NCBI GenBank assembly: GCA_964558645.1 | Contig: CAZLEV010000001.1 | Span: 61,568-125,567, forward strand | DNA length: 64,000 nt | From: an uncultured archaeon | GTDB lineage: Archaea; Asgardarchaeota; Thorarchaeia; Thorarchaeales; Thorarchaeaceae | Reading direction: 5' to 3' | Part shown: positions 46,975 to 56,724 of the stretch, piece by piece | How positions within the stretch are numbered: the first letter of the stretch is position 1 | Layout: every line of letters begins with the position of its first letter | Notes under the pieces: model-generated | Database searches by the model: none | Seen by the model: only the letters and a program-made list of their open reading frames with translations | What the model was told of the DNA's origin: nothing | Program-made: the position numbers and the translations under genes

Positions 46975-49866
46975 CTATTCAATCTCTGGCGGCCTTCCTC
47001 TATCCTCCACCTCAATTTCCCATTCACCATCATCATATCTTCTAGGCCGTTTCTTGCGGCCATATTTGAGATAGGCCACATAGACGATTCCAACTGCAAC
47101 TGTCGCCAAGAAACCTCCTATGACCAGGGTTGAAAACTCCGGGTCAACCGTTTCGGCGGCTACAAGAAAGGTCTTCTTGAACAACTTCACGTTCCCTTCC
47201 GAATCCACGGCTCTGATTGCTATGTCGTAAAAACCCCCTGTTTCAATCACGAAGCTCGATGTGAACTTGTACCCCAGAGACTCAACCATACTGTCGGTGA
47301 CATTCTCGCCACTTGGGCTGGTGATTGTTATTGAGACAGTTTCAAGGTCTTCGTCAAAAATGTACGTTGTGACATTGGCCTCTTCTCCAATCTCTCCTCT
47401 GTTCAGTACTACATCGAATATCCTTGGTCTGGCCGGGATTACGTTTTCAGCGATGTTTCTGAGAAGATTAAGATTGTCTGCTCCTCCTCTGACGGCATCA
47501 TATACCGTGCTATCATAGAGAATGGATCCGTCTGAGACCGCAATCACTTTTCCATTTCCATAGTCAGCCTTAGCGAGCACCGCGTGATTCTTCTCAGAAT
47601 CAATCCAGAATAGTCCTTGTGCACCTGCAACAGAGGGGTCTACACTGAAAGTGCTGCCCATCAGAATATACAAATCCGAAACGCCTACAGTAAGTGGGTC
47701 ATCTTCAACAACTCCGCCGTATGACTCGCCGTAGAACCTGCCCGTGAACTGTGTCATTCCAACACCTATCCCCTTCTCTTCGCACTGAATGCCAACAGGG
47801 GCAAGAATCCTGTTATACGATTCAATGGCAAAACTGGCACTCTGGGTGGTGCTGTCATAGAACTCTGAGAGAATCAGCAGAGTGCCTCCATCCTGGATGA
47901 ACTGGTGGATAGCCTCAACCTCGGCGTCTGTGTAGTATGTTTCGGTGTCCATTATCATGAAGACATCGGACTGTGAGAGGTCTCCATATCGAATTGGAGC
48001 CGCCTCCATTGGATCGGAAAACAGGTCCATGATCACCCCCTTGCCACGCAGGTAGTCTTCAAAGTAGCGATAGTAGGTCGGATCATCTGGATCATCAAGG
48101 GAGTGATGGGACATGTCAACTAACAACCTACCGCCATACGTGGATATAGTGAAATCAATCTCAATGCTACAGGCGGTCACATTGGCTGCAATGAGTTGCA
48201 GACACGCTTGATAGTGGCCCGTCGAACTCAACGGGAGGTCTTGAGGGATCTCAAGGTTGATGCTGAAGTAAGAATAGCCCGCCCGGATGTCAACAGCGTC
48301 TTCTGTCACTATGAAATCGCTTGCATTTCCGTTGATTTGGATTGCTGCCGGTCCAAGATTCACAGTTGAGATGACTGTGACATTCTGTGCCTCACGTTCG
48401 TCTCCAACAATGAGGACTCCGCTGCCCCCAGGCAAGGTCGGATACCTTAGAGGGGCTGCTACAGTGATCATTCGCGACGTATTACTGATAAGCTCAGAGG
48501 ACTTCGAGGCGTTGACAATTCCGTGGCCCTGCGCCATGGCATCTTGTTTCAGGTCTGTGGCTCCCTTCATCAAGTAGCTCTTGATTTCAAGGGGCGTAAG
48601 CCCGGTGTACTGATTCATGAGGAGTGCTGACACTCCTGCCGCCAGTGGTGCAGACACGGAGGTTCCTGACCATTGCGTGTAGAGATCTCCGAACTGGCTG
48701 AAGTTGTAGAGGGGGTATTCGAAAGAGTCTGCGCCATCCCATCGGCCTGACACTACATTGGAGCCGGGCGCCAGGATATCGGGCCTCGTGAATACTCCGG
48801 GCGGATTGGTTATCGTCCTGATGACAGGACCTCTACTGCTAAATGATACGACTCCACTTCCCCCTGAGGATGCTCCAACAGCCACGACTTCCTCTACTAT
48901 TGCAGGAGAGTTGATTGTTTCCGTCGCTGGGCCATCATTTCCTGCAGCAACAAACACCGGCGTGTGTCCCTCTCGTACGGCGGCTCGGGCCGCAAGTGCC
49001 GAAGGATCCACGTAATTCGAGTCACTCCAACTGCCTCCAAGACTCAGACTGATTGCGTCCACACCTTGTTCCACAGCAAACTCTATTCCTTCTGCTATTA
49101 CGGAGTCCTGACCGGAACCAGTCTCATCAAGGACCTTGATAATCAGAAGTTCAGCGCCCGGAGCCATCCCTGTAAATGCCCCATCCATTCCCTCTCCTGA
49201 TCCTGCAATGAGCCATGCACATGCAGTCCCGTGGCCGTTGTCATCATAAGCATCGACGCCGTCAGAAGGATCCATATCATGCTCCTCGTTCACCAAATCC
49301 TGGAAACCTGCAAGTCTGTCAGCCAAGTCGAGATGGTCTCCTTGTACACCACTGTCTAGCACAGCGACTGTAATGCCGGTCCCGTTATACCCTTCATTCC
49401 AGAGCCTTCCAACGTCCATTATCTCATCCGGATGGACATAGCTGACGCCGTTACTCATGCTCAATTCATGAGAATCTGGTCGGGACTCGAAATCGAATGT
49501 TCTGTCAATGTCAACAGCTTCAACTTGAGCAACATCAGCCAACCGATGGATAGCATCTAAATTAGCATATGCAGAAACAACAGGGATGAGACTGAACACA
49601 TGTCGTAAAGTGATGGCGTTCCCAACGTACCCCATCACTAAGTTGGTCATCTCGAGCGAGGTGGTGCCATGTGGGAATCTGGCAACAATCGGAATCAGAC
49701 CGTCCGATGCGGTGGCACTCATCTCTTTCACGAGCATCGGTCCAATCTTCGTACTTATGTTTGCGTTTGTCTTGCCATCAGCTGGTATCACAATCCCCCA
49801 GAGAGGGCCCAAGAATAGCACGACAAGCGTCATGGCAATGATCTGCTTTCGGTTCAAGTTCATCAT
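46975..49866 (-). CDS. Type I membrane S8 subtilase with DUF4350/GATase-like domain (Site-1-protease-like architecture)
   Basis: Signal peptide, I9-like propeptide, VLDSG / HGTACA / AAGNDGP / GTSVSAP, RLLVDMSH...GGTLLILSEFY...GKVIAVSD, TM and RKKRPRR tail. Confidence 0.85.
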   Translation of the reverse strand: MMNLNRKQIIAMTLVVLFLGPLWGIVIPADGKTNANISTKIGPMLVKEMSATASDGLIPIVARFPHGTTSLEMTNLVMGYVGNAITLRHVFSLIPVVSAYANLDAIHRLADVAQVEAVDIDRTFDFESRPDSHELSMSNGVSYVHPDEIMDVGRLWNEGYNGTGITVAVLDSGVQGDHLDLADRLAGFQDLVNEEHDMDPSDGVDAYDDNGHGTACAWLIAGSGEGMDGAFTGMAPGAELLIIKVLDETGSGQDSVIAEGIEFAVEQGVDAISLSLGGSWSDSNYVDPSALAARAAVREGHTPVFVAAGNDGPATETINSPAIVEEVVAVGASSGGSGVVSFSSRGPVIRTITNPPGVFTRPDILAPGSNVVSGRWDGADSFEYPLYNFSQFGDLYTQWSGTSVSAPLAAGVSALLMNQYTGLTPLEIKSYLMKGATDLKQDAMAQGHGIVNASKSSELISNTSRMITVAAPLRYPTLPGGSGVLIVGDEREAQNVTVISTVNLGPAAIQINGNASDFIVTEDAVDIRAGYSYFSINLEIPQDLPLSSTGHYQACLQLIAANVTACSIEIDFTISTYGGRLLVDMSHHSLDDPDDPTYYRYFEDYLRGKGVIMDLFSDPMEAAPIRYGDLSQSDVFMIMDTETYYTDAEVEAIHQFIQDGGTLLILSEFYDSTTQSASFAIESYNRILAPVGIQCEEKGIGVGMTQFTGRFYGESYGGVVEDDPLTVGVSDLYILMGSTFSVDPSVAGAQGLFWIDSEKNHAVLAKADYGNGKVIAVSDGSILYDSTVYDAVRGGADNLNLLRNIAENVIPARPRIFDVVLNRGEIGEEANVTTYIFDEDLETVSITITSPSGENVTDSMVESLGYKFTSSFVIETGGFYDIAIRAVDSEGNVKLFKKTFLVAAETVDPEFSTLVIGGFLATVAVGIVYVAYLKYGRKKRPRRYDDGEWEIEVEDRGRPPEIE

Positions 49867-50035
49867 CCTGCGTTTTGTAGGTGCTCTTGCTCGATTCTGT
49901 GATTCTTCAATTAAGCCTTATCTTGAGGGCGGAATCTCTTCGGAGTCAGCTCGGTGTGGCCGAGAAATAGACCCAATACACTTTTCGACCAGTAGTACTT
50001 GGGTTAGACCACCTAACAAGAAGGAGATGGAATAA

Positions 50036-50326
50036 ATGGGAAGTAAACCACCGCTATACGAAAGAAGACTCCAGCTGAAGCACTTTTTTGATGATCGAAC
50101 CACCGGGCAGACCCGAAGAACGTGGCTCGAGCTTCAGCTTCAGCCGCCAGAGAAGAGCTCTGAGGGCTGGGTTAATGACGGCAGGATTCGCCTGAGTCTC
50201 GGAGAAGACCGCGATGTAAAGGGATCCTTCCTGCTATCAATAGAGGAGGCGTCTCGGATGTTCAAAGTACTTGAGATGATGTTTGAGGATCATGAGCACC
50301 AGAAGGCTGAACTCTGGAGAGAGTAG
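50036..50326 (+). CDS. Small hypothetical protein, possibly PC4/Whirly-like beta4-alpha fold
   Basis: AAGGAG upstream; beta strands followed by FLLSIEEASRMFKVL helix. Confidence 0.6.
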   Translation: MGSKPPLYERRLQLKHFFDDRTTGQTRRTWLELQLQPPEKSSEGWVNDGRIRLSLGEDRDVKGSFLLSIEEASRMFKVLEMMFEDHEHQKAELWRE

Positions 50327-50440
50327 ATCTTCGCTGAAAAGAGCCCTAAACAACTGGTCACCAGCATCTTCTCGTCAAGACCGTTAATCAGGAATAGATT
50401 TATTCAATGATCTCAACTACTACTCCGAGGAGGAAACACC

Positions 50441-51544
50441 TTGGTAGGTATACATCCTGTTCCTAGTCTCGGAGTAAGCGTAGATTCTCAGTTTCCAATG
50501 AGTGATATTCTGGCCGTTATCCCCTATGTGTTGCCGCTTGTCTTTCTCGGAATGATATTTCTTTTCTATCAGCGATATCTACCAAGGGATGAGTTACGAC
50601 GGAATATCCTCGTCTTCGTCGGCATCGTGTTTCAAATCACGGCGTTCCTCATGGTGCTTTACACAGGATTTGGGGCCGTCTGGTGGGGGCCAGATGAATT
50701 GACCTTTGGTTCGTGGTGGTTTCTCATAGGTCTTCTTCAATTTGCCACTGATGTTGTGTTCGGGTCCGTCCTGGCCAGCATGATCTACCTCATCCTGGTA
50801 GTTGTTGCGCTGGGTATTGCCACACATTATGTGATAGCTCCTCCCGATCCTGACTTTGTGGCCCTTCGCGAGGAATTGCGGAATACCCAAGAGGCACTGA
50901 AAAAGGCGGAGGAGGCAGTTAGACAACTCGAAGCTGAAAAGAAACAGCTCACGGAGCAGTTCGCGGAGCGGGAAGACAGCTTCTCAGAGCTCCAGTCTGA
51001 ACTCGAGTCCTTGAAGGCACGAGTTGAGGATGCAGAGGCGGAGAAAGTGAGTCTGGCAAAGCAGCTCGAGGAAGCACCGGGGGTCGGCGTCGAGCGTGAA
51101 CAGCAGCTTGTTGCTGAGATAGCCAAGAAGGATGAGACCATCCAATCCCTTCAGTCTGAGATAGACGATCTTCGCCTTGTTGTTGAATCCCGGCCAACTG
51201 CCGTGGTTGATTCTGAACAGATCTCTAGTTTGGAGTCAGAGCTGAAGACAGCAAAGGCAACATTGGTAGACGTCGCTCGACGCGCAGAGACTGCATCTGA
51301 GGTGTCTGATAGCGTCATATCTGACTTGGCTGAATTAATCTCTACAATCGAGGGAAGCGGCCTGGATCCGTCTGCAAAGATCGCTTTGACAAGTCTGGTC
51401 AAAGGACTTGGTAGGGCAATGGGGCGTGTCTCGCGACCAGATGATGGTAAAGCACCAGATACCCGTGTTGAGATGATCGGGGCCGTCATGATGGTGCACG
51501 AGATTGTGGATGGAATCAAGAAGCTGGTCCGCTCAACCAAATGA
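50441..51544 (+). CDS. Membrane protein with N-terminal TM helices and long coiled coil
   Basis: Three to four hydrophobic segments, then about 150 aa of E/K-rich heptads. Confidence 0.75.
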   Translation: MVGIHPVPSLGVSVDSQFPMSDILAVIPYVLPLVFLGMIFLFYQRYLPRDELRRNILVFVGIVFQITAFLMVLYTGFGAVWWGPDELTFGSWWFLIGLLQFATDVVFGSVLASMIYLILVVVALGIATHYVIAPPDPDFVALREELRNTQEALKKAEEAVRQLEAEKKQLTEQFAEREDSFSELQSELESLKARVEDAEAEKVSLAKQLEEAPGVGVEREQQLVAEIAKKDETIQSLQSEIDDLRLVVESRPTAVVDSEQISSLESELKTAKATLVDVARRAETASEVSDSVISDLAELISTIEGSGLDPSAKIALTSLVKGLGRAMGRVSRPDDGKAPDTRVEMIGAVMMVHEIVDGIKKLVRSTK

Positions 51545-51669
51545 TTGTCGGGCCTTTACTTCAGATTTATGCGTTCACTCGGAAGATGGAAGGTTTGGAT
51601 TGACAAACGCTTTCAGTCGTAATGCTTAATAGACCCATGCCAAGTTGTTTGGTTAATCACACACGATCT

Positions 51670-51800
51670 TAGAGAACGCGATTTGAGGAGATATTCCTGT
51701 TGCGCTGGAGGAGAGTTGCAGCAGGCTTCGGAGGTTTGTTAGCAGTCGCAAGTAGAGTGTCCATATGACACCTTCTCTGCGTTGCTTGCCTCGTTCTCTA
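51670..51800 (+). promoter_or_regulatory. Structured 5' leader of the large S8 protease gene
   Basis: TAGAGAACG / CGTTCTCTA 9-bp closing stem enclosing internal hairpins, between a TATA-like GCTTAATAG and the GAGGAG RBS. Confidence 0.5.
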
Positions 51801-51828
51801 TGTCAACTTGTGAGGAGAAAGAGTAAAA

Positions 51829-54800
51829 ATGAGTAAAAAGCGAACTGTAGCAGTTCTGTTATTTCTGGCTGCCCTGAGCATGTCTATGCTTATGGCACCA
51901 GTAGGCCCGATGGCCAGCACAGAATCTGCCAGCCCGCCAGCGCTCACTCCAGATGTCCAGGATCAGGTGGACGAGTGGTATAAGACCCTCGAACAGCCTG
52001 GCTACCAGGCCACAGTCGACTCTGTGTTGGCTGAATGGAGTAGGAGCGGCGTGCTGAGCGACAGGGTCGTGACCAGACCTGACGGCGCCGTGAGTGCGCT
52101 TGTCTTTATGGCCCCATGGGTCGATATGACAGCCGTACGCGACGTTGTTGAGGTAAAATGGTCAGTAGACCTGAAGGCAATGAGGACCGCTCTGGTCAAC
52201 GTGCCTGGTGTCGATGCTCTCGAGGCACTGAGAGCAATCGATGGTGTTGGTGGAATCGAGGCCGATCAGTATAGGTTTGAGCGACCAGATGAACTGGTCA
52301 AGAACTTGGACAAGCTTGAGAACCCAGGTATCGGGGTTGATATGTACAAGATCAAGGAAGTTGTGAAGGCTGATGACAGCACACTCTACGCCGGCCAATA
52401 CAACGGTAGCGGAGTAGTTGTCGGTCATCTTGACACAGGAATGGACTATGGCAATCCTGAGCTGGAGCACACCCTTGATGCAATCAATCACGGTGCTTAC
52501 GACCCAAGTGGTGATGGGCTGGTTCCAACGTTCTATCACGCAAACTCCACTCCAGTCAACGTGACCGAGTGGACAGCAGACCCCTATAACCTTCTGACCT
52601 ACGTGGATGACGACGGCTTCGTCTACCTCGATGTCGAGGGTTGGGATCCCATGGTCAACTCGTACTACTATCCAGGATATCTGATTGGCAATGATGATCA
52701 TGCTGGCTGGTTGTACTACTATTCCAATGCATGGGGTGTCGAGGGAGTCCAAGATGTCTTCGAGAACTATGTCTGGAAGGACATCAAACTACCCAATGCA
52801 TCGGCACTTGCCACTGGTACCAACTACTCAGTTGGTTTCATCATGCAGCAGCGATGGTCTCCGATGAGCATGATATTCGGTCCTGCTCTTGTCTACGAAG
52901 ACACTGGCAACGAGAAGAACGTCATTGTTGGCTGGGAGGACACTCTCGGCTGGAACAAGCTCTGGTCTGGTGCCATCTGGTACGAGGCTATCGATCTCAC
53001 GGACATCTACGACGCATATGATGTTGTCACCACATTCGACAACAGCTTCTATGATGAGTGGGACGAAGGAGAGATCTACAACCTTGATAACCCGATTGTG
53101 AACAAGGACTTCAGCGGCGACGGTATTGCCGACTTCAGCCTTGGTGCACTTGGCTGGTGTTACGACGACCATGGTTGGTTTGACAATGAGATCCTCTTCA
53201 ACGGTATCAGGAGCGATGGTGACGCCTTCGCACTGTACTTTGACGATGGCACTCACGGTACTGCAACCGCTTCACATGTTGCAGGTGCAGGCAAGCTGAC
53301 CTATGAACATGCAGAGGAAGGCTTCGGCACAACTGAGTTCACCATGGAAGGTATCGCACCTGGTGCAAAGATCCAGTCAGTCAGACTGATCACTCATGGT
53401 GGATCCTACGGCTCGTATCTATGGGTCTGTGGTTTCCATTGGAATGAGACCAGTGGTGAGTGGTACTACCTAGGTGAGCATGAAACTGACCTCGTGACCA
53501 ACTCTTGGGGTTGGATAACCGAACCAGCAAGTGAGATGAACTATCTCGCGCTGACCTGGAACATCCTGTCAAGTCCTGGCTTCCTCGATGCGACCTATAA
53601 CGGCGTCCTGCACGTATTCTCAGCAGGCAACGAGGGTTCAGGATTCATGACGATTGGTCCGCCCGGCGCAGCACACGGTGTCCTTACTGTTGGTGCCTCT
53701 ACTAGCAGTCACTGGCTTGAGTACCTCTATGGCCCGACACAGCCCTACGAGGGTCTGGCATCCTTCACAAGCAAGGGACCGGCCTATTCTGGCTATGTCA
53801 AGCCCGATGTACTCGCACCTGGTCTTGCAGGCTACGCAGCCGTGCCCTGGTTTGCACAGTACATGGCTGCAGATGGTTACTGGCTCGCTAGCGAAGCAGA
53901 ATACACGCTGTTCTCTGGTACTAGTCAGGCAGCCCCCGTTGTAGCGGGTGTTGCAGCACTCGTCTACGAGGCGATGGGCGGAGCTCATGCGACCCCGTTC
54001 GAGGCAAAGATGATTCTCCAGTCAACCGCTGACGACTTGGGTTATGACCCGGCGAGTCAGGGCTTTGGGAGAGTCAATGCAGATGCAGCTTGTGCATTCG
54101 CAGAAGGAACTGCTGGTGCAGTATCATACAACATCGACTCGTGGAACAACATTGCAGCAATCCTAGCTAACCCATGGAAGAAATGGGGTACAACCGGAAC
54201 TCCGGCCAACAAGAGCCTGGACTACCCAACAGACTTCTGGGATGGTTCGCTCTTCTTCGGTCATTTGTATCCGGGTGAGAGTGCCACAATCCATCAGAAC
54301 GTCCACACTGACTTCTTTGGAACCCGTGTTGCATTCGGCGCCATGAGCTCGTTCGATGCATACACGATGGTCGAGGCCGAAACATTCACGTTCACCGACA
54401 CGACGTTTGTATATTCAGACGACAACGTGACGGGAGATCTAGCATACGGTTACCACATGCTGAGTGACCTTATTGGTGTTGACTACGACACGGCCGCTTC
54501 GACCTACAAGTACATCACCATCGGCGTATCATTCGATGCTGCTGATGTTGCTGGTGCAGAGCCATGGATGTTCCTCTATGACTGGGAAGACAACAATGTC
54601 ACTGATGGCTATCCGAACCTCTGGAACGGAACCCACGGTGATGAACTGCATCGTCTGACCAGCGCGAGCGACCCGAGTAACACCAACATGATGTCTTGGG
54701 CCACCACAGATGCGAACATCAATGCCGCACTCCTAGGTGACCTGACGTTGGTCATCCATGATCCTGTGTTCGATGCCAATGAGACAGCTAGCCTACTTGG

Positions 54801-56619
54801 CCTAGTTGACGGCAACGAGTTCACAGCCACTGTGATCTTCTGGCAAGAGGTCGACGCATCTGCTTCGATCACCTTCGCGGATGGTGGAGCGGAGCACACT
54901 GTGAACATCACAATGGATGTTCCCGCTGGTACCGATGCTGGTATCCATCAGGGATTCGTTGTGTTGACCTACGGAACTGACGTCCTGAGGATTCCTTGGA
55001 GCGTCATGGTCAAGGCACAGATTGCAGTTGGAAAGGACACCGCACAGACCATCGTTGATGGCTTTGGTGATGCCCTATCACCCTACGACATGCCGATGTA
55101 CGGCTGCATGGATTCTGACCCAGACGACTGGGACTTCAGAACCATCGTTCTGAACATCCCCGAGGCTGGAGAGAACGCTACCTACCTCGGTGTACGTGTT
55201 ATCTGGCCTGAAGGCGGAAACAACATGTACGTCGATGTACGCGATGAGAACGCAACATCTCTTGCTGCTGGTGCCGACGGCACTGCAACAACTACTGCGA
55301 TTCTTGCTGCTTTGCCAGCCGACCCAGTTGGTGACTACTACCTCTTCATGCATGCGCTCGCTGTGAACGGTACAACGTTCCTACCTGCGAACTACAGCGT
55401 CGAAGTGATGTGGTACGAAGAGCTAACCACTCAGGATCTCCAGTTCACCTGGACATCCAACGATAAGCCCAGTCCGTCAACTATCACGGACGGCGACACC
55501 CTTGTGGGCGATCACGTAGTGGTCAATGCTTCCTACCCAGAGTTCAACCTGCCGGCAATGCCCGAGTACGAGGTTGACTCAGTCGGGATCTCGTTCCTGT
55601 CTGGTCTCTACCATGTGGGCACAGGACCCCTTGTCATTCCGGACGCCAACTACGATCCATTCTCAGGTGTGATTGATCTTGATCAGTTTGCTTGGGAGTA
55701 CGTGGAAGGTATCAACGCGGGCGACACAGTCAAGGTGACTGCTGACTTCACGAACGGCGACTGTGACATCATGGCATGGTGGGCTGACACCGACAACAGC
55801 ACATGGACCTACGCGAACAACATTCTGGGCTCTCAGATGGCCACTGGTGCCAAACCTGAGAAGGGCTCGTTTGTTGCAACTAGGTCGGGTGCGGTCATGT
55901 TCGGTATCTTCGACTACGATCTGCAAGAGGGTACATACACACTGACAGTAGACACTCGAGTTGGTGTATCAGCAACTGGTACTCCCGATGAGGTAACCTA
56001 CGACACGTATACGTTCCTGAAGAACGGTAGCTTCTCAGTGCAGGTTGAGGCGACGACCAAGACCAACATTGGATTCGAGGTCAACTACTTAGAGCTGAGA
56101 TTCGAGAACTTCTTCTCGCCAGTAGTCTCTGACGTAGAAGTCACTGGTACTGGCACGACGAAGAACATCACGTGGACAGCCTCCGACCTGAACGCAGGTG
56201 ACGATCTCTACTTCGAGCTCTATCTGTCTCAGGACTCGGGAACGACCTATCAGCTCGTAGCTGTGAACCTCACTGAGACCTTCTACCTCTGGGATTCATC
56301 CGAGTTCATCGAACGGGACACCTACAGGATTCGGGTCATTGTCTTTGACAACGATCCTAATGAGAATCCAACTGTAGGTCCCAATGACTACTGGATGGGT
56401 CTGACTGACTCTGCGGAGTCTGAGGTGTTCAGTGCAGGCGGAGTCGAGCCAACAACCACTACGACTACCACAACTACGACCACCACAACCACTACAACCA
56501 CAACCACAACCACGGAAGAGCCCCCAGTGGGTATCGATCCGTTGTGGATTGGTCTGATTGGCGGTATTGGTGTCGGTGTTGTTGTCGTGTTGATACTCTT
56601 CCTTGTGAAGAAGAAGTAG
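51829..56619 (+). CDS. Large pyrolysin-like S8 surface protease with Thr stalk and C-terminal TM anchor
   Basis: Signal peptide, HLDTG / HGTATASH / SAGNEG / GTSQAAP, insert of roughly 270 aa between catalytic Asp and His, 21 Thr, TM and KKK. Confidence 0.9.
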   Translation: MSKKRTVAVLLFLAALSMSMLMAPVGPMASTESASPPALTPDVQDQVDEWYKTLEQPGYQATVDSVLAEWSRSGVLSDRVVTRPDGAVSALVFMAPWVDMTAVRDVVEVKWSVDLKAMRTALVNVPGVDALEALRAIDGVGGIEADQYRFERPDELVKNLDKLENPGIGVDMYKIKEVVKADDSTLYAGQYNGSGVVVGHLDTGMDYGNPELEHTLDAINHGAYDPSGDGLVPTFYHANSTPVNVTEWTADPYNLLTYVDDDGFVYLDVEGWDPMVNSYYYPGYLIGNDDHAGWLYYYSNAWGVEGVQDVFENYVWKDIKLPNASALATGTNYSVGFIMQQRWSPMSMIFGPALVYEDTGNEKNVIVGWEDTLGWNKLWSGAIWYEAIDLTDIYDAYDVVTTFDNSFYDEWDEGEIYNLDNPIVNKDFSGDGIADFSLGALGWCYDDHGWFDNEILFNGIRSDGDAFALYFDDGTHGTATASHVAGAGKLTYEHAEEGFGTTEFTMEGIAPGAKIQSVRLITHGGSYGSYLWVCGFHWNETSGEWYYLGEHETDLVTNSWGWITEPASEMNYLALTWNILSSPGFLDATYNGVLHVFSAGNEGSGFMTIGPPGAAHGVLTVGASTSSHWLEYLYGPTQPYEGLASFTSKGPAYSGYVKPDVLAPGLAGYAAVPWFAQYMAADGYWLASEAEYTLFSGTSQAAPVVAGVAALVYEAMGGAHATPFEAKMILQSTADDLGYDPASQGFGRVNADAACAFAEGTAGAVSYNIDSWNNIAAILANPWKKWGTTGTPANKSLDYPTDFWDGSLFFGHLYPGESATIHQNVHTDFFGTRVAFGAMSSFDAYTMVEAETFTFTDTTFVYSDDNVTGDLAYGYHMLSDLIGVDYDTAASTYKYITIGVSFDAADVAGAEPWMFLYDWEDNNVTDGYPNLWNGTHGDELHRLTSASDPSNTNMMSWATTDANINAALLGDLTLVIHDPVFDANETASLLGLVDGNEFTATVIFWQEVDASASITFADGGAEHTVNITMDVPAGTDAGIHQGFVVLTYGTDVLRIPWSVMVKAQIAVGKDTAQTIVDGFGDALSPYDMPMYGCMDSDPDDWDFRTIVLNIPEAGENATYLGVRVIWPEGGNNMYVDVRDENATSLAAGADGTATTTAILAALPADPVGDYYLFMHALAVNGTTFLPANYSVEVMWYEELTTQDLQFTWTSNDKPSPSTITDGDTLVGDHVVVNASYPEFNLPAMPEYEVDSVGISFLSGLYHVGTGPLVIPDANYDPFSGVIDLDQFAWEYVEGINAGDTVKVTADFTNGDCDIMAWWADTDNSTWTYANNILGSQMATGAKPEKGSFVATRSGAVMFGIFDYDLQEGTYTLTVDTRVGVSATGTPDEVTYDTYTFLKNGSFSVQVEATTKTNIGFEVNYLELRFENFFSPVVSDVEVTGTGTTKNITWTASDLNAGDDLYFELYLSQDSGTTYQLVAVNLTETFYLWDSSEFIERDTYRIRVIVFDNDPNENPTVGPNDYWMGLTDSAESEVFSAGGVEPTTTTTTTTTTTTTTTTTTTTTEEPPVGIDPLWIGLIGGIGVGVVVVLILFLVKKK
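56452..56514 (+). repeat. Poly-Thr coding repeat (21 Thr)
   Basis: 21 consecutive ACN codons. Confidence 0.9.
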
Positions 56620-56633
56620 CTCTAGACTTTCAA

Positions 56634-56666
56634 AGGGGGCACACGCCCCCTACACCCTTTTTTTTT
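56634..56666 (+). terminator. Hairpin plus oligo-U terminator
   Basis: GGGGGC-ACAC-GCCCCC followed after 7 nt by T9, 15 nt after the stop codon. Confidence 0.75.
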
Positions 56667-56724
56667 CAGATACTCATCCCAGAATCAGTCCATAAGATTG
56701 GTCGTTTCGCTTTCTGACTAGCAC

